From the NCBI GenBank assembly GCA_963749655.1, contig CAVVOB010000015.1, positions 96,001-160,000 of the forward strand: a stretch of 64,000 nucleotides of DNA, written 5' to 3'. Position 1 is the stretch's first letter; every line of letters begins with the position of its first letter. The notes beneath the pieces were generated by a model that saw only the letters and a program-made list of their open reading frames with translations, did no database searches and was not told the origin of the DNA. Below, one piece after another: positions 20,548 to 31,247 of the stretch. The stretch comes from Nitrospirota bacterium (lineage in GTDB: Bacteria > Nitrospirota > UBA9217). Both the position numbers and the translations under genes were made by a program.

Positions 20548-23176
20548 CTATTTGCCGAAAAACCCGAGCAAATCGTTCCCCCAGATTGTCTCTCCCTCCG
20601 CGTTCGCATGACAACCGTCGGCGACTTGCGAAGACGTCAGCAACGAAAGATCAGGGCCCTTCAGGGCTTCGCCGTTCACGACCAGCTGGTTTGCAAGGTC
20701 CAGAGTCGCCTGGGACCCCGCGTCGGTATTGATGGAGCAATGGGCGCCGTCGAGCGGGTAGACCGGCACGCCGGTCACGTAAACCTTCGCAATCGGCGCC
20801 AACCGCTTGATCTCATTCAGGGCCAGCACTGCATCATCATAGGTTACGGAAGACGCGTCCGCATTCGGGCAGAGTTCCCACCAGATCGCGCGGGGATCGG
20901 GATACAAGGCGAGCATCGCACTGAACTTGGACCAGTAAGAGTCCGCTGAGCTTCCGGTCTTGAGCTGGCTCACCCAGACGCTCAAGCCCCCGCCCGCATA
21001 CCCGGTGTCTCCGCCCGGCCAGAGCTGTACTCCTCCCAGCGTGCGGTATCCGTTCACCGCGTTGATGCTGAGCGAACAGCCGACAAAGCCGATGGAATCC
21101 GCCTCGGCCGTCCAGTTCCCTACGAGCGACACGATCATACGGTCATCGGCTATATCTAGACGGGGAAGCCAGATAACTGTTTTGCCTTTTTTCAGAAGCG
21201 TCGCGGGCAGAGTTCCTGTAGCTGCGTGCCCGAGTTCCGTGTACCCGCTGCCGGTCCAGTCGGCAAGAGGAAGATAATAGGTATTTCCCGTATCGGTGGT
21301 CAGGCTCGCAAGTCCCATGGTAAGCGGATCAACGCTTGCATCAAAACTCCAGGTTGGATATGAGGTCGCATCGCTTGCCGGCACAGCATTCAGCCCCGCA
21401 AGCGTCCTGAATGCGCTGTAATCCGCGTTTCCGGCGCTGTCGAACATGCCGGTGCGTCCGGCGATAAACAGCCCACCGCCGCCTTGCGCGTAGTCGTGCA
21501 GAATTTGCGCTGCATCCGCACTCAACCAAGCCATGTCCGCCGCAATGACGCCGGAGTAATTATTCAGAATCTGAGGGTCGGCAACAATTTCCGCAACTTC
21601 TATCGGGTCGACCGCGATACCTGCTTTGTACAAGGCTTCGTAAAAGGTGATCCGGTCGCGGCTCCGGGAGTTCGTGCCCATCATATTGCCCAGCGTATAC
21701 TCGGCCTGTTCGGCTTTCGGATCGAGCACAATGGCGAGCGACGGGGTCGTAATCGAACGCACGGATGGATCGAACAGATGAGCATATTTCGCGGCTTCCG
21801 CCAGTTCGGTATCAGACCAGACCGGCAGGTTGCCTTCTGCCTCGATCGACCAGCCGATACCCGCTCCCGCCGCCGCAAGCATGGTTGAGAGCGATTGAAT
21901 GCGGTCGAGGCTCTCGACATTCTGGCCGCCATTGGCCGCCTTGGCGTTGTCTTCAAGCGCATAGGTAGCGAGCTTACCCACGCGACGGGCATAGGCGGCG
22001 AATGCATAGAGCGCATAGTTTTGCGTGTTCCATTCGCCCGGGGTTTCATCAAACGATGTGCGGGGATGGATGATCACCATATCGACCAGGGGAGATCGGG
22101 TCCATTCCATCCCGTCCGCGGAGCCGTTCCGTGCCACCGGCCCTGCAGGAGTAAAAAAAGAACCCGCGGGGTTGATCGTGAGAATGTGGTCAGGATCAAG
22201 GGATTTGACAAGGCCGATATTGTGCTCCCATTCCATGCCCTTTTCGTGGACACGAAAATCCAGCCCGTCCTTCATCTGAATCCGCGTATCTCCCGCGCTG
22301 TTGGCGCTTAATGCGGTTGAAGTCTCCGCGCTCAGCGGCAAGGGCATGTCCGCGGTCAGCAGGGTGACAATCGAATTACTCCAAGCCGTTCGCAGCTCCT
22401 CGTTTGTGATATATTTTCCCCCCAACCATGACCGAAACCGCCCTTTTGCATACGCTGAATAATCCGCCCAGCATTGCAGAGGCTGGGACGGATCCGAAAG
22501 ATAGGAAGGGCCGTAATTGTTCTCACGGGTCATGCCCACGCTCGGGCTCCAGCCGAGCAGGGCGGGATGGGTCCTGTATCGTAGAACGACCGCGCGAACG
22601 TATTCATCCATTGCCGCCCAGTAATCGGGATCGTTAAAGGCTGCTGCCTGCGACATGGCGTCAGCGGGCGGCGCGGTCTGGTCGTAACCGATCTGGAGTT
22701 CGTCCTGGTGCTGCGCAGCCCACCATTCCGGCGGATTACTGACCCAGATGGTCGGCAGCAGATAGATGCCTTGCTGATGCGCGTAATCGAACAGTGCGTC
22801 CATATTCGCGAAATCGAGGTCCTCGCCGATGACGCCGGGCTGCGCCGAAGTTTTGAACATCGGCGAGTGAAAATAGAGCTCGAACGCGAGATAGGTGACG
22901 CCCGTTGCCTTTGCCTTGTCCACATACCCTTTGAACGTATCGAGCCAGCCTGCGGAATCGTATGCCTCGGTCGACTCGACATTATAGACGTACAGACTGG
23001 TCGGTGCCACGGGCTGATCATTGATCAGCAGGGTGGGGACGCCATTTTGTTTTTCCACCCGGGAAACCGAGGCAGGTCCCGTGTCTCGCCGGATCCCCGC
23101 CCGTACCACCTTTGCAGCCCGTGAGGATCAGTGACATTGAAAAGATCACCGTCAGCAGCTCAAGAGTTCTCTTCAT
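20548..23176 (-). CDS. Lipoprotein, beta-galactosidase-like (GH42-like barrel + trimerisation-type domain + SGNH-like C-terminus); frameshift just after the lipobox
   Basis: MKRTLELLTVIFSMSLILTGC from 23176 is out of frame with ORF 20548..23109; DALFDYA, PPEWW, RYRTHPALLGW, DYSAYAKGRFRSWL...ELRTAW resemble GH42. Confidence 0.65.
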
Positions 23177-23251
23177 GACTATCCCTTCTGGCAGTTCATG
23201 CCAATACGGCGCGCTACTTTCAGCGTGATGAGGGTATTTCCCGCAGCCGGA

Positions 23252-24734
23252 TCACGGATAGGAGACTTCCAGGAACTTCGGTGCGTTCTCCGCTTCCAGT
23301 GTCAGACTTTGCGCGGGAGTGACGGTGCTCGTCGATCCGTCGACCTTCGTAAGCAAGACTGAGGAAGGGACGCTGCCGAGGTTCAGCAAGTAGGTCAGCT
23401 TCTCGCCGTCCAGCGCGATCTTCTGGCCGCTCACATACTTGAAGGGCTTGAAGAAGATGTAAAGCTCTTTTTTGCCCGATCCGAACTGCTCCACCCACGC
23501 CCGGTTCTCGTTGTCGAACGCGCCGCTCACATGGCCCGCGTAGGAATAGTCTTTCAACTTAGACCACAAGAGGGCCATGGCCTTCACATGCATGGTGACC
23601 GTGCCGTCGGCGTTGAGCGAACTCAGGGCAGCTTCTCCGATCGTGCCCCGTGGAGCGATCTTAAGAGGAAGGGCGCCCGAGAGGGCCGGCGTCGAATTGC
23701 TCATGAGCGTCCGCTTGAGCACAAGCTCCTGGACCACGTAGGCCGCATCGAGGGCGTCGCTCTCGCTCGTCATCGTCTGCCCGGGGTCGGCGGCGTTGTC
23801 GTGCTCCGTGTCGACGATATTCCGGTCCTGCCAGCCGTTGTTGTCGAGGGCGGCGCGGACCTGAAGGATACCGGGAACGTTTGCGTATTTGTTCACGAGT
23901 GGCGTCATGGTCGGCGGATAGGGGCCCGTCATTCTTTGTCCGATCTTTGCCCGGATGGAATAGCCGTGAAAGGCCCAGAAATCGAACTTGGCCCCATTGT
24001 TCTTGTCGAGGAAGTATTCTATGACCGCTATGAATGCACCGTCGCTGCCGGAGTCGCTGTCCACCCAGTACTCGAAGCCCGGCGTGCCGACGGCGATGTC
24101 CGGATACTTGCTTTTGATGCGATCATAGGTCTTGTTGGTAAGCTCGACGAGCTGGGCATTCGACCCTTTCCAGGTGCTCCAGTTATCGGTCCCCGGATGC
24201 GGGCTGTTTACCAGCTCGATCATCCGGATGGATGCCGTTGTCTTGTAGCGCCCGACGAACCAGTCCACAAAGTTCACATAGTCATCGATCAAGCTCCGTG
24301 GTGATGGTTTGCGTCTCGTTCGATTCTGAGCATGGGGACCATGCTCCAGCCGTTGGCCTGGTAGAGCTGTGGCCACTTCGTCCATGTTGAAGGAAACATT
24401 GCATTGGCTTGCCTTGGGCAGACAGTATGGTGCGGAATAGGTCACACCGCCGTCCGTGGTGGAGAAGAAAGCCCGCTGAAATGCGGAACTTGACATATTT
24501 CGTCCCGAGGGTGTTGTTGATGGCGTCGACTGCAGCTGCAGCCTCTGAAGGCAGATCGGAGGCATTCGCTGTGTTGACGTTTCCTTCAGTCCCCCAGAGG
24601 AAGCCGTCAGCATCGATTGAGTTCAGGAAAGTTTTTGATGATGAGCTCTCCGCTGATGTTTTGCCGCTGGTATTGCAGCTCATTATACTGACTGCCATAA
24701 ATAAGACCATTCCTGCTTCCATTACGTTCCTCAT
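23252..24734 (-). CDS. Lipoprotein, GH39/GH5-like TIM-barrel glycoside hydrolase; multiple frameshifts at 24300-24480
   Basis: MRNVMEAGMVLFMAVSIMSC lipobox after GGAGGA; FVGRYK, IELVNSP, YDRIKSKYPD, FDFWAFHGY, IVDTE. Confidence 0.6.
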
Positions 24735-24893
24735 GACAGGTCCTCCGGAGAATACGGTATCTTGTCTCAGGCATACCTCTTTCGACACGCTTTTAGAACA
24801 AAAGTTGTATGTTATATAAAAAATAATCGGCTGGTGTGCAGAGCGCTGCAGGGGGAAAGGGGGATTACTCCGTTGCAGATTGTCGGTTTGCTT

Positions 24894-25963
24894 CTAAAGT
24901 CCGAGCTGTCCGTATTCATTCTCGCAAGGCGGACCAACAGAAATGAACATTTTCCCTTCAGCCGGGACCATGACGACTGAAGCAACTGACAGGGATGCGA
25001 ATACCGGGGGCGCTTCAGGATCGACATGCGTGCAGACGGATTTGGGATGCCCTTCATGATCGGCTAAAAATTCCATCATCAACTCCGGGGTGATCGATCC
25101 GTGAGCGCCGGCGATGAGCGCTCGCAGCCGGTCCGCGCGCTTGAACGAATCGCGGATATACGTATACGCGCCGTCGGTCTTCTTGTACTTCCCGGTCTCA
25201 TAATGGTTCGCGTGAACGAGGACGCCCCTGACCGGTTCCAGAATCGCATAGTCATCATACACGCTTTCAATCCCCGACATGGCTCCTGTTCTGTCCGCGA
25301 TGTGCACATACCCGACGCCGCGCGCCGTCCTGCGAAGAGCGTTCATTGCATCATCCGCGGTCTTTCCCGCATTGCCGCATACAGGTAAAAAGCAAAGGGC
25401 ACGTGGCCCGTCACCGGAGCCGGCGGACAGATTGTCATGTTCGCGCAATTCCCCACGCCGTCCGAGGTCAGGTACACGCCTCCATACCCGTTCAGAAAAA
25501 GACCGAGCATACGTTTGCCGTCCGACCGCCTGATGCGGACGATATCGATTGTTGAGTCGGGATGCCAGTCGACATTCTGGCCGAGGAGAGTGATGCCGTT
25601 CTTCGTCGCCGGTCCCGTGACCGCAAAAGACGTGCACATCCCGGCGAGACCGGGATAGTTCACGAACAGCTCACTGTAGCATTGCAGGCTGAAAATCTCG
25701 TCGAAGGTGAGCCCTGAACCATCCGCCATCCCCTTCACGCGCTCAATGGCGCCGGGATCAAAGGCCCGGACGTTGTCCAGGTACTTTCGCGCGGCCATGG
25801 TCACGGCGTCACGCTCCGCCTGATAAGGCATTAGCTTCATGCTCTTGAACATCAGCGCAGCGGCCTTCCGGAGTTTTTCCCGCGCCTGTTCGCCGTACTG
25901 TCTTCCGATCTCGTATTCGCTTCCGCTGCATTCGATGACAGAAAGGGCATTCCGTTTCCTCAT
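24894..25963 (-). CDS. Peptidase C45 / acyl-CoA:6-APA acyltransferase family Ntn hydrolase; frameshift near 25370
   Basis: YEIGRQYG, MCTSFAV (autocleavage Cys), GQNVDW, VHANHY, GPPCE split over two overlapping ORFs. Confidence 0.85.
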
Positions 25964-25998
25964 GGGTTCCCCCGGAGACCGATTCTAAGATCATTATC

Positions 25999-26088
25999 AT
26001 CCGCAGATGACACAGATCGCGCAGATAAACCAAAATCTGGAAGTTCTTTTATTCCTTAAATCTGCGTACATCTGCGAAATCTGCGGAT
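25999..26088. repeat. Inverted pair of CGCAGAT 9/10-mer arrays
   Basis: atccgcagatgacacagatcgcgcagat vs atctgcgtacatctgcgaaatctgcggat. Confidence 0.85.
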
Positions 26089-26121
26089 AAATGTTTTTCT
26101 TCACCGGCCTGAGCCTGTGCA

Positions 26122-26997
26122 TCAGTATTTGCTCAGAATGTCAATCACCGCATTATTGAACTCTTCCGGTTTCTCCACATTTACCATATGCCCCGCGCCG
26201 GGAATGATCACCTTCTTCGCTCCCGGTATGCCCTTTTCGAGCGCCTCTACGGTCTTCGTGATCGTCTGTACGTCACGGTCGCCTCTGATCACGAACGTCG
26301 GAACGCGGATCTCGGACAAGCGCTGTACGGCTAGCGGGAAAGGCGGCCGGGGGAAGAAGATGTTGATCAGCCAGACGCGGGAATTTTCGATCGCAATGGG
26401 CCGGAGCTTGGCGGCCACTGCCGGGTTTTCCATGGCCGCGGCGTTATAAGCGCTCCGAAGCCATGCCTCGCCGGCCGGCGTGCCGTCGTCGTTCTCTATG
26501 GAATACACGATTTTCATCAGTTCTATGGTGTCCTCGGCCGTAAAGGGGAATCCGCTCAGGCCCGGCGCGACCGGGATCAGTGTCGCAACCATCTCGGGAT
26601 GGGTGAGCGTAAAATCGATCGCGATCCTTCCGCCCATGGACAATCCGATGACGTAGGCCTTCCGTACGTTCAGATATTTGAGCAGCTGATTCAGATCGTC
26701 ATCATCCGAGTAGGGCTTGGTCGGCGCCGGCGATTTGCCGTACCCCCGCACGTCGTAACGGATCAGGGTGTAGCGGTCCGGGAAAGCGGAGAACTGGTCG
26801 TCCCACATCCGACGGTCGAACCCTCCGGAATGGATAAAGACGACTGCCGGCCCCTTCCCCTTCATTTCGTAATACAGCTTGGTCCCGTTCACTTCCGCGA
26901 AACCTGATTTCATTTCCCCTCCTATCCCCGCGGCCGGAAGCGCAAAGACGCCGGCCAATACCACTGTCAGTGCGAAAAACCTACTCAGATCGAACAT
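26122..26997 (-). CDS. Secreted alpha/beta hydrolase
   Basis: Signal peptide, YDVRGYGKS, GLSMGG nucleophile elbow, GAGHMVNVEKPEEFN. Confidence 0.92.
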   Translation of the reverse strand: MFDLSRFFALTVVLAGVFALPAAGIGGEMKSGFAEVNGTKLYYEMKGKGPAVVFIHSGGFDRRMWDDQFSAFPDRYTLIRYDVRGYGKSPAPTKPYSDDDDLNQLLKYLNVRKAYVIGLSMGGRIAIDFTLTHPEMVATLIPVAPGLSGFPFTAEDTIELMKIVYSIENDDGTPAGEAWLRSAYNAAAMENPAVAAKLRPIAIENSRVWLINIFFPRPPFPLAVQRLSEIRVPTFVIRGDRDVQTITKTVEALEKGIPGAKKVIIPGAGHMVNVEKPEEFNNAVIDILSKY

Positions 26998-27107
26998 GGA
27001 ATCTTTCCTATTGAAAGACGATAGATAAAACCATTTGATATCGTATGGCGGATGGTATCACGAAGCGCATTATTCCGTATTGTAAAAATGCGACAGGATG
27101 GATTGGT

Positions 27108-27848
27108 TCAGATCGCTCCGGGCGGCGTGTGCATCAGCGACTTGAAGTCGCGGATGAAGTGGGATTGATCGGTATAGCCCCATTCGCAGGCCAGATCAAC
27201 GAGGTTCGCCCTGGCCGCGCCGGAGCGAAGCTGCGAGAGGATGTTCTGGAACCTGACGAGGCGGATGAACTGCTTGGGCGACATACCTGAATTCTCGCGG
27301 AACATGCGCTCAAGGGTCCTGGTCGTCGTTCCCAAAGCGTTTGCGAGCGCATCAACTCTGATCCGGCCTCCGGAAGTCTCGACGAGATCTGCCGCACGGC
27401 GGTACGTTCCCCCCGGCGTGACCGATGCCAATCCTGCCCTGCGGAAGAATTCCTCGAGGAGTCTTTGTTTTGCATCGAAGCCCTGCACAGCGGCAAGCCG
27501 CCCGCCCAGCTCGTCGACGGGAGTTCCGAGCACCCGGTGAAGGTCCGCCCATGTATTGACCAGTTCGCCGGCGGCAACGTCCGCCACGCGCGGCATGATC
27601 CCGGGATTGAACCATACGCAGAAGTAGTCGCAGCCGTTCATCATGGGAATGCGCTGCAGCTCGGTGAACGGGCCGACATACAGCACCTTGCAGCGGGACT
27701 CGGACAGGATAAAGACCAGGTCGAAGTTGCCGTCAGGCGGCGCATCGAGCACCCAACTGCCTCTCCCGACCCTCCTCGGCAGCATCCAGAATTTCTTGAT
27801 CAATCCGTCGAATTCTTCATGCGGTTTTTTTTCGATGCGATGAAGCAT
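27108..27848 (-). CDS. AraC-family transcriptional regulator
   Basis: RTLERMFRENSGMSPK, GYTDQSHFIRDFK; N-terminal PDG...DLVF. Confidence 0.92.
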   Translation of the reverse strand: MLHRIEKKPHEEFDGLIKKFWMLPRRVGRGSWVLDAPPDGNFDLVFILSESRCKVLYVGPFTELQRIPMMNGCDYFCVWFNPGIMPRVADVAAGELVNTWADLHRVLGTPVDELGGRLAAVQGFDAKQRLLEEFFRRAGLASVTPGGTYRRAADLVETSGGRIRVDALANALGTTTRTLERMFRENSGMSPKQFIRLVRFQNILSQLRSGAARANLVDLACEWGYTDQSHFIRDFKSLMHTPPGAI

Positions 27849-27980
27849 TGCCCTCTCCGAATGATTACAAATACATCCGTCCTGCGTATTCCCGTTTACC
27901 CCCGGATGACCATAGCGACATTCCGATCGTCGCATGCGTCACAGGCCGCAACAACGCTTTCCGGTCAATCGTAGCTCTAA

Positions 27981-28119
27981 CAGGTTGTTGAAAAAGCTCA
28001 CGCGCGACGAATTTCATCGTGCCAGCGAAGGCTGGCATCCAGAATCATATTACAAACACTGGATTCCTGCCTGCGCAGGAATGACGGCTAAGGTCTTCAA
28101 GACGTTTTTCAACAGCCTG
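27981..28119. mobile_element. MITE family B copy 1 (139 bp)
   Basis: Termini CAGGTTGTTGAAAAA / TTTTTCAACAGCCTG, 4-bp direct flanks CTAA; near-identical copy at 63856-63994. Confidence 0.92.
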
Positions 28120-28706
28120 CTAATGCCTCAATCGCTTTTCCAACTCTTCTTTTGTGTTTTCCAGAGGCACCACGATCTTCCCTGATTTGTTTATAGCGCC
28201 CCATTTGACTCCGGTGACAGACCGATGCTCACCTTCCGGAACTTGGCTGCATTCGCGGCATACGACAGCGAATACCTCCGCTAAACGGGAAAGCAAAGTC
28301 GTATTCGGGTTTTATGACGACATTCAGCTCCTTGTCGACAAAGCCGAACTTGGCCCCTGATAGGGTCCTCGCAAGTCCTTCGGAAAAATAGTCTGCGCCA
28401 TTGTCGTACAGGTAGACACGGACTGCTTTGCCCGATCTTGATACATAAAATACCTTGTCGCCCGCCAACAGTTCGGCCGGTCCGTCCTTGAAAACTCATT
28501 TTACCGAGATGGTCCGGACGAATGCGGAAGCCGTCTTCGCCGACGAAATCGCCGCATTCTCCCTGTGAAGTAAGTTCGGACTGATGATTACGGTCGGACT
28601 GACGGGACACATACCTGCAATCCGCCGCCGCGGCAGTCTTTGCTGTTGAGACGGAAAAAAGAATGATCATAATGAAAAAGCAGCATCTCTTCGACGATCT
28701 CTTCAT
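28120..28706 (-). CDS. Secreted WG-repeat protein, frameshifted
   Basis: Signal peptide in 28281..28706; FSEGLAR...KFGFVDKELNVVIKPEYDFAFPFSGG in 28229..28468; KWGAINKSGKIVVP in third frame ending TAG at 28120. Confidence 0.75.
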
Positions 28707-28739
28707 TCGACGCTCCTTTCATTGAGGCGAACAAGGCCC

Positions 28740-29477
28740 CTACTTCACGACCCTCTTCGCGCCGTCGGGATAGGTCGTTATAATACTCTCGAAGGGCGTA
28801 CGGGAATCCCGCTGGTAGCTGAATTCGGTCCTGATCACTTCCTCCGCCGTTTCGTCGGCCTTGAACATGCGGGTCAGGATGAGCCGGTTCGCGGCGTCGT
28901 ATGCATAGGTCGTATAGGTCACGACCTTCTCATGCTTGCCCCGGACGACCTTTATCATCTCCTGGATCGTCGTCCTTACGCTGTCGGCAACCCCGACCAG
29001 GAACCCTCCGGCAGTGGCAATGACCAGCGGCGCAACGACGATGGCAAGCATGACCACGGCCGCATCGCGGTCGCCGTGGATTTGCGTATGACCGGCGACG
29101 TTGGCCGTAACCCCCGTCCCCTGGGCTCCGGCCTGGAACCCCTTGCCTGTCCATTCATAAATGACCCTGAAGGGTTTGCTGAAGTCGCTCTCCGACCCTG
29201 CCACGACGACATCATATGATATCTCTGTCCGCCCGTCGAGCAATTCCACGATAGTGAAGCGGTCCCCTTCACGGGTCGGCCTTTCCTTGAGGCGCGGCCC
29301 CAACAGGGGGAGGCCGTTCGGATCGTATTCAATATAGGGTATAAGTATTTCCTGCGACTGCGCATGATGGTTTTCAAGACGCACCTGTTTCGGGCCGCAG
29401 CCGGCAGCAAGAACAACGAGGCACGAAAGATTTACCAGCACTCTGAAAAGCGGTGAAGTTCGCATATGTGTTCTCAT
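28740..29477 (-). CDS. Hypothetical lipoprotein
   Basis: LAAGC lipobox; internal hydrophobic segment. Confidence 0.7.
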   Translation of the reverse strand: MRTHMRTSPLFRVLVNLSCLVVLAAGCGPKQVRLENHHAQSQEILIPYIEYDPNGLPLLGPRLKERPTREGDRFTIVELLDGRTEISYDVVVAGSESDFSKPFRVIYEWTGKGFQAGAQGTGVTANVAGHTQIHGDRDAAVVMLAIVVAPLVIATAGGFLVGVADSVRTTIQEMIKVVRGKHEKVVTYTTYAYDAANRLILTRMFKADETAEEVIRTEFSYQRDSRTPFESIITTYPDGAKRVVK

Positions 29478-29539
29478 GTCCCGACGGCTATCGGATCGCA
29501 TCGATGATCCATGCTTAATTTTGCCTGCCCGGCCTTCCA

Positions 29540-29881
29540 TCAATCGGAGTTTCTTCTCCGCTCATCGACATCTTTCATTTTCAACGCAGCCATATTCCCG
29601 GCAATATTGTCATCATCATCGCTGATCAGAGTGGCCAGATCATAGCCCATTCCTTTTAATTCATTCGACCATACTATTCTGGAGGTGGCTATGTCAATGC
29701 AATACAGTTGGCCGTAGGTATGCGCATAAATGAAGTTTCCCCTCTTGACCATATTAACAAACCCGTTTCCGGACTTCAGCCATGATTGGCTGAGCGCTAT
29801 TTCCTTGACGGTCTTGCCGGTTCCTGCGTCAACGACAGCGATCTTCCCTTTGGAACCTATATACAGATATGACATTATCAT
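29540..29881 (-). CDS. Small PQQ-like beta-propeller repeat protein
   Basis: AAGGAGG RBS; LYIGSKGKIAVVDAGTG and GQLYCIDIATSRIVWSN blades. Confidence 0.75.
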   Translation of the reverse strand: MIMSYLYIGSKGKIAVVDAGTGKTVKEIALSQSWLKSGNGFVNMVKRGNFIYAHTYGQLYCIDIATSRIVWSNELKGMGYDLATLISDDDDNIAGNMAALKMKDVDERRRNSD

Positions 29882-29971
29882 CCTCCTTCTGTCGCTGTTT
29901 CAACTGGCTGACGCCCTACCCGACCTGCGGTCCCAGTGTGTCGGTGAAACGGCTTATTACGTACGCGCAGA

Positions 29972-30238
29972 TTATCCGCTTTTGTCCGGAAAGTCGAAGA
30001 AGGATTCTTCACTCTCTTCGGTAAAAAAGAACAATCGATATTCGTTCCTGCCGTAGTCGGTAACGATCATCATTCTGGTATGTTTTGGTGTTTCAGGTTC
30101 TTCTGCCAAAAACTTCATGCCGGTTCTTGCATTATCCTCAAAGAACTTGTTCCAGTAATCGGGCCCCCAACCCGCGGCGTCTCCGCCCCCGAGCTTGAAA
30201 TAGAGGTTTTTAAATTCTTCTTTAGTCACTTCTTTCAT
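29972..30238 (-). CDS. Hypothetical protein
   Basis: 88-aa AT-rich ORF with protein-like composition. Confidence 0.7.
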   Translation of the reverse strand: MKEVTKEEFKNLYFKLGGGDAAGWGPDYWNKFFEDNARTGMKFLAEEPETPKHTRMMIVTDYGRNEYRLFFFTEESEESFFDFPDKSG

Positions 30239-30252
30239 TTGGTTTAAAGTTT

Positions 30253-30304
30253 TGATCCGACAGTTTCTAATAATGTCGGGTTTCGCTCTGCCTACACGAT
30301 CTAC
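30253..30304. repeat. Degenerate REP-doublet copy
   Basis: tgatccgacagtttctaataatgtcgggtttcgctc matches 30936-30971. Confidence 0.8.
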
Positions 30305-30327
30305 CGCCTAAAAAACGTTTTTGATCA

Positions 30328-30801
30328 CTATTCCTTTCGCCATTCCTTACAAGTACCAAACAGCCCGAATCCATAACGACAATTTACTTGTTCAACTCCA
30401 TATTCACGGGAAATCATACTTGTGACTTCTGAACTAATTTTTCCGAACGGTTGGGGAGTCCATAATGTGGGAAAGGTGTCCTCTATCTTTATCGTTGGCC
30501 CACCACTACTGTCCGATATTTCGAGTGTTGTCGTGCTAAACGCCCAAGTCTTGCAACTGAATAATCGCTCTTGTGATATTTCTTTCTTCTTACAACTTAA
30601 TGAATTTTCCTTCACGATTGGAGAAAGTGAGTCCTTAGCATTCTCAAAAGTGAATCTTTTAAGAACCGTCGATTGCTGTTCGATAGTTACTGGCTGCAGT
30701 TTAACGATATTATGCATATCACAACTCGTCACTATGAAAATAGGGAAGATGGTAAGAAGAGCGTATATTGAATGTAATTTTCTTATCATTTTAACTTTCA
30801 T
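30328..30801 (-). CDS. Hypothetical lipoprotein (AT-rich)
   Basis: GGAG RBS, IVTSC lipobox. Confidence 0.65.
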   Translation of the reverse strand: MKVKMIRKLHSIYALLTIFPIFIVTSCDMHNIVKLQPVTIEQQSTVLKRFTFENAKDSLSPIVKENSLSCKKKEISQERLFSCKTWAFSTTTLEISDSSGGPTIKIEDTFPTLWTPQPFGKISSEVTSMISREYGVEQVNCRYGFGLFGTCKEWRKE

Positions 30802-30915
30802 AGCTCCCTTGTTTTGCCTGTATTTCCACACATGATACGTTTTTGAATTGCAATTATGACAAATACTATGACTTCCGTGAGAATAGTGATACCTTATGAA
30901 GAAATACAGCAGTCT

Positions 30916-30988
30916 GTAGGTCGGGTCGCGTTTTATGACCCGACAGCTTCTAATCATGTCGGGTTTCGCTCCGTTCTACCCGACCCGC
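30916..30988. repeat. GTAG-type REP doublet (REPIN-like hairpin)
   Basis: GTAGGTCGGGTC...GACCCGACA spacer TGTCGGGTTTCGCTCCGTTCTACCCGACC. Confidence 0.8.
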
Positions 30989-31174
30989 TCATCGCACTAA
31001 AGGCCGCAGTCCGTCCGCACGTCCCGTTTTACGATCCCTATGACTGTATCAGAAAGCGGTTTTTCTGTAAACAGTGTTCAGAAACAAAATCTCGGCCGCT
31101 GGTAATTGTAATTTTGTAATACCCGTCAACCACACCAGAAATCGTTATGCTTTTTATTGTCGGAGATTGAATCG

Positions 31175-31206
31175 AAAAAAAAGGGCTTGCAGTTTTTGCA
31201 AGCCCT
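31175..31206 (-). terminator. Intrinsic terminator of the Kazal-domain gene
   Basis: AGGGCTTGCA-AAAAC-TGCAAGCCCT plus T run on minus strand. Confidence 0.85.
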
Positions 31207-31247
31207 AACATTATTATTGAAGGAAACGTATGCGATTATGGATGAAA

